This document shows positions 1 to 9,529 of a stretch of DNA of 64,000 nucleotides, piece after piece. The position numbers and the translations under genes are program-made. Numbering within the stretch: position 1 is the stretch's first letter; every line of letters begins with the position of its first letter. Under the pieces are notes generated by a model. That model was given only the letters and a program-made list of their open reading frames with translations, did not search any database and was not told the DNA's origin. The stretch comes from Desulfatiglandales bacterium. Its GTDB lineage: Bacteria > Desulfobacterota > DSM-4660 > Desulfatiglandales > Desulfatiglandaceae. The stretch covers positions 2,752,001-2,816,000 of the forward strand of contig OY759599.1 in NCBI GenBank assembly GCA_963662465.1, read 5' to 3'.

Positions 1-658
1 TGGTGTCTATGGCAAGACCCATTTGTGTTACAGCGTCCACCAATTTTAAAACAAGCGGCGCGTACGGCAGCAGAATGTTCGCGAAATATTTTCTCACATG
101 GGGGAAAATATCGTCGCCGATCTGGTCGTCAAATTTTGCGGGGCCCGCGTAATGCTGTCCAAAAGCATCGCTTGAAAACAGCAACTTGTCTTCATTCACA
201 TAGGTAAACATGCTGTCCGGCCAGTGCAGCATCCGGGTTTCCATGAAGGTGAGGGTTCTTTTGCCCAATGACAGGGTTTGAAGGTTTTCAACGGGCTGAT
301 AATTCCACTTCTGCTGAAAATGCTTTGACAGATTTTTCTGCCCCATTTTGGAACAGTACAGGGGTTTGTCTTCCCCGATTCTGTGCATGACCCGGGGCAG
401 ACTGCTGGAATGATCCATCTCCGTGTGGTTGCTGATCATAACATCGATTTTTTTGGGGTCCACAATGGCGCTGATATTGGCCAGGAGCTGATCCCCAAAC
501 TCTTTTTTGACCGTATCGATGAGGGTAATTTTGTCATCCAGGATTAAATAGGCGTTATAGGTTGTGCCCTGATAAGTGGAATACCCATGAAAATCCCTGA
601 TGTTCCAATCAGCGACGCCCACACCAAAAATTCCTTCCGCTATTTTGACTGGTTCCAT
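1..658 (-). CDS. fprA: FprA-family flavodiiron protein (rubredoxin:oxygen/NO reductase), 5' part; runs off the window
   Basis: Not in the ORF track. Manual translation from ATG at 658 (AGGAG RBS upstream): MEPVKIAEGIFGVGVADWNIRDFHGYSTYQGTTYNAYLI...NHTEMDHS...MLHWPDSM...SSDAFGQH, which are the diiron metallo-beta-lactamase motifs of FprA. Confidence 0.92.
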   Translation of the reverse strand, partial: MEPVKIAEGIFGVGVADWNIRDFHGYSTYQGTTYNAYLILDDKITLIDTVKKEFGDQLLANISAIVDPKKIDVMISNHTEMDHSSSLPRVMHRIGEDKPLYCSKMGQKNLSKHFQQKWNYQPVENLQTLSLGKRTLTFMETRMLHWPDSMFTYVNEDKLLFSSDAFGQHYAGPAKFDDQIGDDIFPHVRKYFANILLPYAPLVLKLVDAVTQMGLAIDT

Positions 659-720
659 TGTTCACTCCTGTTGAAAAAAAATAATGTTTATCGGCGTTGA
701 TCATCCTTTCGGCCACCAAT

Positions 721-779
721 GTAGGGGCGAACCTGTGTGTTCGCCCTTTATCTGGGCAGACACACAGGTCTGCCCCTAC
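721..779. repeat. GTAG-type REP doublet (inverted pair)
   Basis: GTAGGGGCGAACCTGTGTGTTCGCCC ... GGGCAGACACACAGGTCTGCCCCTAC; intergenic, each arm is a hairpin and the arms are inverted relative to each other. Confidence 0.75.
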
Positions 780-799
780 TGATTTTCCACCCCCCCCCC

Positions 800-1405
800 C
801 TACCCTTTCATACACCCACCGCACAGTTGCATGCCGTCCTTTGCGCTCAACTTGGAAGCCATGGTCGGTTCCCCACATCGATCACAAAGTTCTGATGGTT
901 CGATCTGTGCCTTGGGCGGCAGCGCCTCATGGACTTTTCGCACATCAAAAAGAGCCTCTTCGGTGTTTTCCATGATATCCCGGCTCCGCTTCAGATGGAG
1001 TTCCTGGAATCGTTCCTTTTGCGCATCCGTGGCATCTCCTTTTTGAATCTTATCCATGAGTTGACTGTGCTCTTCACTCAATTGAAGGCTGCCGGCCTTA
1101 AGGGCCACCCGCACACCGTCCCCCGATTTTCGGCTCAACAGCGTCAGAACCTGCTTGCCATGATCTTTAAAAAGAAGGTTCCCTTTCCCAAAAGTGCAGC
1201 CGGTCAAAACCTGGACCGCATCCGCCCCACAGGCATTGGTCTCAATAATGGCAACGATTTCATCATCTTCCGCCCGATTCTCCTTCAGCCATTCCATGGC
1301 CCTTTTGCCGGCTCGGTATCCAATGGACAAACCCGGGCATATGTGCCCATGAAAAACAGCGCATTTTTTAAAATCTTCCGCTTGAAACGGACCCTTAAAT
1401 TCCAT
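800..1405 (-). CDS. FmdE/FwdE-family protein with C-terminal zinc finger
   Basis: FHGHICPG, CGADAVQVLTGCTFGKGNL and C-terminal CDRC...CGGC motifs. Confidence 0.88.
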   Translation of the reverse strand: MEFKGPFQAEDFKKCAVFHGHICPGLSIGYRAGKRAMEWLKENRAEDDEIVAIIETNACGADAVQVLTGCTFGKGNLLFKDHGKQVLTLLSRKSGDGVRVALKAGSLQLSEEHSQLMDKIQKGDATDAQKERFQELHLKRSRDIMENTEEALFDVRKVHEALPPKAQIEPSELCDRCGEPTMASKLSAKDGMQLCGGCMKG

Positions 1406-1454
1406 AAAATATCCTTTTCATATAGTGCCTGAACGAAAACCTCGTTCAAGCACG

Positions 1455-1477
1455 GTTTTAAGTTTTAAGTTTTAAGT
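1455..1477. repeat. (GTTTTAA)3 heptamer tandem repeat
   Basis: Direct reading; a related copy lies at 44674-44703. Confidence 0.7.
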
Positions 1478-1575
1478 AAACCCTCATGGCAAAGGGATTT
1501 CCTAGCCCCGCGCATGAAAATGACCTCTACCGCTTTTAAGCTAACGGCTAACAGCCGTATTTTCATGGTAATCCT

Positions 1576-3177
1576 TTATAGGGACTTTCCAACCGCATCA
1601 TCGCTATTCTTAATTTTTTTCCCGGGTTCTGTCAATAAATCCGTGTCCTCTTTCCAATCACCGTATTGGGTCCAGAAGCCCATGGCGCGACCGATGGATG
1701 CCGCGGTTTTCTCCCGATCATAAAAAGCCGTGGCGGCACGCAAGCGCGTTCGATTCCGCGCCAGTTCAGCTTCCAGATACCGGGTAATGGTGGCAGAGCC
1801 TCCTTCGTATTGTTTCTGCACCAGACGGAGGGACTCTTCAGCATGAGCGACACTTGCTTTCGTCACATCCCACCGTGCTTTTGCCTCCATATGTTTCAGG
1901 TAAGCCCCCTTGAGCTGAAGCTGCACCATAAGCGTCACTTTTCGATCGGCTCCCAACATCTCCTTGATCACCGCCCGGGCCCGGTCCACATGGGACTTTC
2001 GCCTGAATCCGGTAAAAACATCCCAGTTAAGGATCACCCCGGCGGTCCAGTTCTTCCGGTCCCAGTCAAAATTTAAACCCGAATCATCAAAATAGGTTTT
2101 CATCTGAGCATCCAGGCGCGGCAGGTATTCGGAACGCGCCACATCCAGGTCCATTCGCGAATGCACCACCCGCAGCCGGGTTATCTGCAGTTCGGGACGG
2201 TTTGCCATAGCCATGACCAACGCTTTTTCATACAGGTCGGGAACCTTTATGGGGGCCTGCCGGTCTCCTGCCAGGTGGATGGGTGTGTCGGGATCCAGGC
2301 CCAGCAAATTGGCCAGAGAGGACATACTGAGGCTGTGATTGTTTTCGGCCCGAATCAGTCCTTCCCTTGCCTGGGCCAGAGCGACTTTGAGCGACAACAC
2401 ATCGGACTTGAGGGCACTACCGGCATCATACCGCACAGTAACGATTTCCAGTTCCTTCTTGACCGTATTCACCGAATCGTGACTGATACCCACGTACCTT
2501 CCGGCGGCCAGCGCACTGTAATAGGCGTGGATAACGGAAGTGATCAGGCCGTTTTTCACACTGTCCCGGCCCAGCCGACTCATGTCAAGGCCCGTCTCCG
2601 CCATGCGCTTGCGCAGATAATCCCGTCCGCCGTTAAAGAGGTTGAAACGCCCTTGAATACCTACCTCATAGTTCTCAAACCACCCCGGATTGTTAAAGTC
2701 GGTGTTCGGCGGCAGTTTCCGCTGGTCAATGGTTTTAAAGAGATAGGCGGATGGCGCATTTCCCTGAAGGTACTCCCCGTAAACGCCGATTACGGGCCAA
2801 AATGCACTCATTGCCTCATCCAGCATGGCCTCGGACTGCTGAATGCGTGCCACGGCCATATCCATGTCCGGGTTATTTTGAAGGGCAATGCGGATTACTT
2901 TTTCAAGGGTCAGAGAACCCACGGGCTTCAGAACCTTTTCAGGGGATTGGGAAGCATCAGAGGGGGCCGATAACAAAAGAGATGCCCCTGCCTTTTCGGG
3001 CTTATCATACGCCTTTTTGATATGTTGATAATCATAGCGGTCGGCATGCTTACAAGAAAACAATATCGAGAGAAGCGCCACCGCCAGAAACCCGCGGCAG
3101 CAAACCCTTAAAATGTGATTTATTAGACATCTTTCCATTAAGATCTCACGCCATCCAAATTCAGTATTTTGAGCCAC
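1576..3177 (-). CDS. TolC-family outer membrane efflux protein (lipoprotein; start may be 3138)
   Basis: LTLEKVIRIALQNNPD, two OEP-like repeats, YDAGSALKSDVL / YEGGSATITRYL, lipobox-like LFSC. Confidence 0.9.
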   Translation of the reverse strand: MAQNTEFGWREILMERCLINHILRVCCRGFLAVALLSILFSCKHADRYDYQHIKKAYDKPEKAGASLLLSAPSDASQSPEKVLKPVGSLTLEKVIRIALQNNPDMDMAVARIQQSEAMLDEAMSAFWPVIGVYGEYLQGNAPSAYLFKTIDQRKLPPNTDFNNPGWFENYEVGIQGRFNLFNGGRDYLRKRMAETGLDMSRLGRDSVKNGLITSVIHAYYSALAAGRYVGISHDSVNTVKKELEIVTVRYDAGSALKSDVLSLKVALAQAREGLIRAENNHSLSMSSLANLLGLDPDTPIHLAGDRQAPIKVPDLYEKALVMAMANRPELQITRLRVVHSRMDLDVARSEYLPRLDAQMKTYFDDSGLNFDWDRKNWTAGVILNWDVFTGFRRKSHVDRARAVIKEMLGADRKVTLMVQLQLKGAYLKHMEAKARWDVTKASVAHAEESLRLVQKQYEGGSATITRYLEAELARNRTRLRAATAFYDREKTAASIGRAMGFWTQYGDWKEDTDLLTEPGKKIKNSDDAVGKSL

Positions 3178-3264
3178 ATTATCTGATCATAACCACAGTA
3201 ATCTATCACAAAACACGCTCTTATGGGAAAACAAAAAAGGAAAAGTCACTGCAATTGAAAGGGT

Positions 3265-6200
3265 TCACGAATCCTCTTTGCACTCCTTAGCCCGGGTTTT
3301 GTCTTCCCGCAACCAACTGGTGAGGAGATAAACAATATTCTTATATAAGGCGGGGTACTCCTCCAGAATTTCCTGAAAATCGTTGCCGGCAATCATCAGC
3401 ATTCGGCAGTCTTCCGCACATTTGGCCGTGGCCGAGCGGCCCTTTTTGTCCAACACGGCTATTTCCCCGAAACAATCCGGGGGGCCCACGCTCACCAGAA
3501 GTTTACCGTTTTCATTGATGATATCCACCTGTCCTTCCAGGATGAGATAGAGCGCATCGCCCAGGTCGCCTACCTTAAAAAGGACATGTCCTGCTTCAAA
3601 GCTGACCTCTCGTGCAATCTGGGCCATGATGATCATATCCGTAATGGAAAACCCTCTGAAAAGAGAGACCTTTCTCAAAAAGTGAACTTTTTCCAGTACC
3701 GGTATCATATCCTCAATCTCCTCCAAAACCGGCATAAACCGCTTTTGCATATTCGGCGGTACATCCAGGATGGCCGACATCTCCAGCCACTGATTGCTTT
3801 GCATCAAAACCTGTTCATAAACATCCTCAACCGTCAGATGGGACCCAGGTAAAGGTCTCACATTCGAAAGCAAACCGTCTTCAAATGATACTGCGTCCAA
3901 CAAGCGAAGGAACGCCCCATGCTCATCCTTGATCAGGCTTTCCAGATACTCGATGGATTTCCCTTTCACATGATCGGCCTTCTCCGATTGCGCCGCCCCA
4001 TGGGTAATCCGATAGAAAGAATCAAATATGCCCGGGTCAGGATGGAAGATATCCAGTATTTTGAACACACACCACATCCTATGCTCTATATTGCGGGCCA
4101 ATTCGATCAAGAGCAAGCTTTCCCTGTTCCATAATTTAACCACTCTATAGTAACGGCAATATTTTGTACACAGCTCAATTTCATTAGGCAAATCCGCCAA
4201 AACCGCACGGCAATCAAGGGTTGGTACAGCTTTTTTAATTTTCCCAATAACGTTCAGTGCTTCCTCTCGAATCAATGGCACATGAAAATTTCGCAAAATT
4301 TCAACCAAAAAATCAATGGCTTCGCTGGAAGGGTTGAATTGCAGGCTCCTCAGGCATTTCCGCAATTCAAAACGAGATTTGGAACGAATAATAGATGAAA
4401 TCATTCGGGAAATAATGGGGAAAGACGCATTCCCCAAAAGGGCCAGATTTTTATTGAATCTCTCAAAATCTCTGATACGCTCATAACCCACATGCTCCAG
4501 ATACAGGGTGAACAAGCGGGCATCCCCCAATTTTGCCAAGGCGCCGGCAATCACATCAAAGGCCTTCACAACATCCATGTCGAAGTGCCCCTCCACATCG
4601 CCCTTCAGGTGGGTAAAACCCAGGGTTCCGGTCAACCAGATCCCAGCCAGGATCTTTTCCGTTTCCGCTGAATGGATGAGGGAAACCGTTTCCTGAACCA
4701 CCAACCGCTTTAAATCCCGATTTCCGCTTCCATGGGCAATGGCCAATACATACCGCCGAAAATCGATGGAAAGGCTTAAATCCATCCACCGCGAAATAAC
4801 CGCCGCATTACGGATCCCCCACTGGGCAATCGTCTTGAGACAAGCCAACCTCAATAAATCATCGGTTTCCGCTTCAAACATGATTTCGAGCCGTTCAAGC
4901 AATCCGGAAATACCCAGCGATCCGATGACGGAAACGGTTTCCAGCCTCACATCCCGATCCTCGTTATCCAGAAGATCAAGCAGAATAAAATTCAGGCCCG
5001 ACGAATAGTTATTGTGAATGATGTCAAGGATGTAAAGGCATCCAAATCGATCGCGGGCGCCTGCAACCACCTTCTCATATTGCTCGACGATATAATTGAC
5101 ATCCATTCTCACCAGCGAACTTTCGGCGCCCGTCAGGGGCAAGCGCCTCAGGACCGACGTTCTGAGAGAGGAGACATAATACCCCGGAATTCGGGACACC
5201 ACGCCGATCATCACCATCAGAAAAGCCATAATCAGAAAACAATACAGGGACACCGTCCCCTCTTGGGGCGGCATGGCCACAAAAAAAAGGCAGATGACAA
5301 TAACCACCAAGGGTTTGATCAAAAGTTTGGAGTATAGCCGCAAGGCATTGCAGAGCCTTTCAGGAACGGAAAACATGAGTACCTGGTAAGCGGCATCAAA
5401 AATAATACGCCGGATCAGTTCATTGACGCCACACGCAACAATAGTTCCCCAGAACAAGAGATCTTCATAGCCGGACGTGCGCGTAAAATATGCCCATAGA
5501 ACAAAACACAGGTTCGGAATCAGCAGGAAAGAATAAGCAAAAAGGATACGGCCGTTAAACCACAGACGCGTGAAGAAATAAATAAAGGCAAGTTGAAAAA
5601 TTACTTGAAAGAAACTGATATAAGCCTTGTAATCTCCGATAAATTCTGTTTTCGAATCCGGTTCATTTGAACTATCGGAAAGGACCGTCTCCATTGCGGG
5701 CGCCGGGGGAAATTTCGCATTGACCTGGGTGTCAAAGAGAACCTTAAAAAAGAGGTTAAAAACGCCGATCAGGATAGTCAAATAAATGATGGATCTCATC
5801 ACCCGGTATTTCTTTTGAGATGCAAAAAGGCTCACGAAACCGACCCGTTCCTTTGAAGCGCCGGTCAGGATACGCGAGCGGTGAACGGAAAAGATGTAGA
5901 GAACAATCAGGTAGCTGATGCTGGAAAAAGCCATCGCCAGAAGGAGAAACCCTAAAGGGTAATCCGCCGGAATCAAGGGAACCACGCATCTTCCTGATAT
6001 GAAGGCGGCGATTCCCCCGGAAAACAGAAACAGGTTTTGAATTTTTCGTGATTCTCGAATGTCGATGGCAAAGTTGATAAGCGTCCAGGTCTGAACAATG
6101 ATAAAGTCGTCCAAGATATCATAAACAACAAAGTATAATGATGCTGGAAAGAATTTCTGCTGAAAACCAGGTAAAAACAAGGGAATCAAATAAAGCACCA

Positions 6201-6504
6201 GTGAGCAACCTATCAAAAAAAGCATGTCTCTTTTGATTCGATACTCAAATGAAACCTTGGGGTTCAGCACATGATAGAGGAAATAAAAAACGATAAACCC
6301 GAGACCCGCGAACCCGTACAGAAAGAAATAGGGCCGCTGGTTGTATACCTCCTGAAAAGCGGGTGTAAGTTGAATGGCCGTCAGAAAATTGCTCTTCGTA
6401 AAAGAAGTGATAACGGTAAAGCATGAAATGTTGAAAAAAACAAACAGGCATAACCCGATGATCAAGTGGACATGAGTGCGACTGGCATCCGTTCGATTCC
6501 ACAT
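3265..6504 (-). CDS. NTT/TLC-like MFS membrane domain + HEAT repeats + C-terminal cyclic-nucleotide-binding domain
   Basis: About 12 hydrophobic segments in aa 1-440 (QTWTLINFAIDIRESRKI resembles the NTT loop), helical HEAT-like middle, cNMP domain (GDALYLILEGQV, CFGEIAVLDKKGRSATA). Confidence 0.85.
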   Translation of the reverse strand: MWNRTDASRTHVHLIIGLCLFVFFNISCFTVITSFTKSNFLTAIQLTPAFQEVYNQRPYFFLYGFAGLGFIVFYFLYHVLNPKVSFEYRIKRDMLFLIGCSLVLYLIPLFLPGFQQKFFPASLYFVVYDILDDFIIVQTWTLINFAIDIRESRKIQNLFLFSGGIAAFISGRCVVPLIPADYPLGFLLLAMAFSSISYLIVLYIFSVHRSRILTGASKERVGFVSLFASQKKYRVMRSIIYLTILIGVFNLFFKVLFDTQVNAKFPPAPAMETVLSDSSNEPDSKTEFIGDYKAYISFFQVIFQLAFIYFFTRLWFNGRILFAYSFLLIPNLCFVLWAYFTRTSGYEDLLFWGTIVACGVNELIRRIIFDAAYQVLMFSVPERLCNALRLYSKLLIKPLVVIVICLFFVAMPPQEGTVSLYCFLIMAFLMVMIGVVSRIPGYYVSSLRTSVLRRLPLTGAESSLVRMDVNYIVEQYEKVVAGARDRFGCLYILDIIHNNYSSGLNFILLDLLDNEDRDVRLETVSVIGSLGISGLLERLEIMFEAETDDLLRLACLKTIAQWGIRNAAVISRWMDLSLSIDFRRYVLAIAHGSGNRDLKRLVVQETVSLIHSAETEKILAGIWLTGTLGFTHLKGDVEGHFDMDVVKAFDVIAGALAKLGDARLFTLYLEHVGYERIRDFERFNKNLALLGNASFPIISRMISSIIRSKSRFELRKCLRSLQFNPSSEAIDFLVEILRNFHVPLIREEALNVIGKIKKAVPTLDCRAVLADLPNEIELCTKYCRYYRVVKLWNRESLLLIELARNIEHRMWCVFKILDIFHPDPGIFDSFYRITHGAAQSEKADHVKGKSIEYLESLIKDEHGAFLRLLDAVSFEDGLLSNVRPLPGSHLTVEDVYEQVLMQSNQWLEMSAILDVPPNMQKRFMPVLEEIEDMIPVLEKVHFLRKVSLFRGFSITDMIIMAQIAREVSFEAGHVLFKVGDLGDALYLILEGQVDIINENGKLLVSVGPPDCFGEIAVLDKKGRSATAKCAEDCRMLMIAGNDFQEILEEYPALYKNIVYLLTSWLREDKTRAKECKEDS

Positions 6505-6540
6505 AGCGGCCGATTTCGGTTCTACAGCGGGTTTCCTTAT

Positions 6541-8202
6541 TTATTTTTCATCCAGTTTCAAAATCTTTCGGTTATAATCGTAGGTGCTGCTGATGCGGCG
6601 CAATTCCCTCACAAAAGGGATCTTCTTGAATTTATAAAACTGAAGGGTCTCAGGGGTATAATCCGCTTCATAAAGGGGAATATTCTCAAAGGTCTCGCCT
6701 TTATAAGCACTCTTTCTGATAAACCTGGACGTGGGGGCCCGGTCAAAAATCACCCGCCCGTCGTCATCATAACGGTACCCCTCCCGGTACAGCCATTTAT
6801 AAAAGCCCTTTCGGTCCGATGACGCCCTTAATTTATAGGGTTTTTTATTCTTGAGAGAATAGGCATGGAAATATTTGACGCCCATGACTTCAGGCTGCCC
6901 GTCGCCATCAATATCAAACACATCAAAATGGTTGGATTTGTTTCGGTAAGTCACCACCTGAGGCAACAATTTTTCATCTGATGGGAGCATCTGGCGCAAT
7001 TCGGAAATATGCCCGGCATTCACATGGGTACACCCGTGGGACATGGGGCCTCGGCTGAGCAGCCACAGTTTACGGTATGGCTTTCCGGTGCGGCTGTCTT
7101 TCGCGTTTTGCTTCCATTCGTTCGGAAGGAAATTGGTTTTTTTCGTATCCATCTCAAACCACAGGGTATGAAATGAGTTATGCAGCGTTTTCCCCACATG
7201 CATATAGGGAAGCCAGGGCAAATACCCATAACAGGCCTTATCGGGAATGTGGTCCACCACTTTGGTTCGCTGGTGATAGATAAGGTTGCGTTTGCCGGGG
7301 CAGGGATAAAGGGGCATTTCAACGCCGTCATATTTGGCGTATTCGTTGAGGGTGCCCACGGGATAAACGGCCGTGAATTCGTAAAAATCAAGCTTTTTCC
7401 CTTTAAGGGGATAGATACCCCCCGTCGCAGCCGCAAACAGTTCAACAGCGGCGCCGTAAAACGTATTCCAGGACGTCTCGCTTTTTTCAGCTTCCTCATA
7501 AAGGACATAGAGGGTGATGGCATCGCGCAGCTTGTTTTCCAACCGCCACGGCAACTCAGTGACCCAGATCCTTGTGGGCAACATATTGTTGATGAGAATC
7601 AGGCTCTCCTGGATCGATGGTTTTCGGGTTAAGAAAGGCGCCAGTTGGGCCGACCATTCGCGAATTCGATGCCCAAAATCGATTCGAATGTGGAACACCT
7701 TCCCCGGGTTCAGCTTTTCGAGCATTTCAAGACTGATTTTCCGGTACTCCGGCAGCGCCAAGTCATTTTTTTCGTCAGCCAGCTTCAGGATTTTTTCCTC
7801 TCCGATGATTCGGCTGAATTTTTCAAAACCCATGTTCTGAGTGAGGGTGATCTTTTCTTCTTCGACAAGCTCGTCGTAAACGCGATACCGCAATGCCAGA
7901 CCCGATAGATATGAATCAATCATCTCATCTGACAGGACAAGGGTCACCCGAATTTGATTGCCCCGCCCCAGATGGATATGAATGTGCCTGGGGTCCTGGC
8001 AACGAGGGGCAAATCCCGTATAAAAGGAAGGCTCTATCCGATCATAATAGACGCCCTGAAGCCGGGTGTCCGAATCTTCCGGCCGCTGGAGCTGATTTTT
8101 TAAGGGCTCAGCCGCCTGAACAAAAAAAACCGATGATGAGAAAAACAGCAAAACCATGAGGGTTAATTTGAATACAGTTGAACAACAAATGTCGATTTTC
8201 AT
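6541..8202 (-). CDS. Secreted protein with L,D-transpeptidase-like (YkuD) SHGC motif
   Basis: Sec signal ending VQA|AEP; HNSFH...GPMSHGCTHVN (Cys391); DIDGDGQPE Ca-binding-like loop. The CDS is certain, the function is tentative. Confidence 0.6.
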   Translation of the reverse strand: MKIDICCSTVFKLTLMVLLFFSSSVFFVQAAEPLKNQLQRPEDSDTRLQGVYYDRIEPSFYTGFAPRCQDPRHIHIHLGRGNQIRVTLVLSDEMIDSYLSGLALRYRVYDELVEEEKITLTQNMGFEKFSRIIGEEKILKLADEKNDLALPEYRKISLEMLEKLNPGKVFHIRIDFGHRIREWSAQLAPFLTRKPSIQESLILINNMLPTRIWVTELPWRLENKLRDAITLYVLYEEAEKSETSWNTFYGAAVELFAAATGGIYPLKGKKLDFYEFTAVYPVGTLNEYAKYDGVEMPLYPCPGKRNLIYHQRTKVVDHIPDKACYGYLPWLPYMHVGKTLHNSFHTLWFEMDTKKTNFLPNEWKQNAKDSRTGKPYRKLWLLSRGPMSHGCTHVNAGHISELRQMLPSDEKLLPQVVTYRNKSNHFDVFDIDGDGQPEVMGVKYFHAYSLKNKKPYKLRASSDRKGFYKWLYREGYRYDDDGRVIFDRAPTSRFIRKSAYKGETFENIPLYEADYTPETLQFYKFKKIPFVRELRRISSTYDYNRKILKLDEK

Positions 8203-8209
8203 TTCGGTG

Positions 8210-9511
8210 TTATCCTTGTGGAGTTATGTTCTCACGTTTTTTATATTCTTTGATCAATACCGGAACAATCAGAATCCAAATGACAATCAAAGCCATGAGC
8301 ATATAATTGATTCTGATGGCGGTCACGGCCATAATGGTCTGGAGTCCGATAATAACGGCGCCCACGCCGCCTTTTGCAAAGCGGTAGATAAACATGTCAA
8401 TAACCGCCTTGCCCTTGTATTTCTCAATATAACTCAATGGGATATAGAGGATCTCCTTGGCCGAACGGAAGATCGAATAGGTCAGGCTCTTGTTGGCCAG
8501 ACGCGTTCCAAACAGCACGGCCATGGTTGGGGCAAAGAAAAAGGCAAAAGAGCCTGCCCCCATGATGGCCGGCGCCAATACCAGGGAGAGCAATAACCCC
8601 AGGAAATGGAGCATGGGCGCACTGACCCCAAACTGGAGAACCAGCGAAATCACATTGGTCGCCCCATAAAACTTGGCCAGATAAGCCGTCCTCAGATCCA
8701 GTTCAGTCACCTGAACTTCCAGAACCTGGTTGAATTGCAGCCCGATCAGCGCCGTCACAAACTGGCTCAACATAAGCATGATGCATATTAGAATCAAATA
8801 TTTTGATTTCAATACCACATCAAAACCACCCCAGATGCTGCGCTTTTCCTCTTTTGTCTGCGTATCCATGGCATCTTTTTTCCGGGCCCGACTCAACACC
8901 GTACCACCCTTCCGGTTGGCATAGCCGAATAACCATACCCCTGCCAGCAAAGCGCCGCAACCGATAAAGATGAGGTTATTGGAACCCAGAACAGACGCCA
9001 GTTGCACAGTCAAGACGCTGGCCACGATACCGCCGATGGAACACGCCCCGGCCAGAAATCCATAAAGCGTCTTAGCCCCCTTTTCCGAGAAGGTAGCATC
9101 GCAAAAAGTCCACAATTGCTCTATTAAAATGACCACATAGATGTCTTTAACAATAAACGCCGTAAGGGAAAACCCTCGGTTTTTGGCCGAAAAAAACATA
9201 TAGAACAGGAGAAAAAAAGCGACCGCCAGGAAATTGCTCACCGCATAGAGCCGGGAAGGTCTGGATCGAATGACGAATTTATTGTAAACCCAGACGACCG
9301 CGGCCGTAGCCGCGGCCGACATGATCCAGACATGGGGCATTTTTGACGCCCCCCAGGAGGAGAGAAAAAGGGACTCGCAGACCGGCCGGATGAAACTATA
9401 ACTGAACAGCACCAGGAAAAAGCAGCCGAAAAGCGGCAGAAAAGCCCCTTTGTTTTCTCCGGCCGCGGTAAAAAACGCCTCATACAATCGCTTGATCCAG
9501 TTCATTTTCAA
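8210..9511 (-). CDS. Npt1/Npt2 (TLC, NTP/NDP exchange) family nucleotide transporter
   Basis: FSYSFIRPVCESLF, EQLWTFCDATFSEKGAKTLYG, KSLTYSIFRSAKEILYIPL...KYKGKAVIDMFIYRFAK. Confidence 0.88.
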   Translation of the reverse strand: MKMNWIKRLYEAFFTAAGENKGAFLPLFGCFFLVLFSYSFIRPVCESLFLSSWGASKMPHVWIMSAAATAAVVWVYNKFVIRSRPSRLYAVSNFLAVAFFLLFYMFFSAKNRGFSLTAFIVKDIYVVILIEQLWTFCDATFSEKGAKTLYGFLAGACSIGGIVASVLTVQLASVLGSNNLIFIGCGALLAGVWLFGYANRKGGTVLSRARKKDAMDTQTKEEKRSIWGGFDVVLKSKYLILICIMLMLSQFVTALIGLQFNQVLEVQVTELDLRTAYLAKFYGATNVISLVLQFGVSAPMLHFLGLLLSLVLAPAIMGAGSFAFFFAPTMAVLFGTRLANKSLTYSIFRSAKEILYIPLSYIEKYKGKAVIDMFIYRFAKGGVGAVIIGLQTIMAVTAIRINYMLMALIVIWILIVPVLIKEYKKRENITPQG

Positions 9512-9529
9512 TCCTCAAAAATCAATGCA

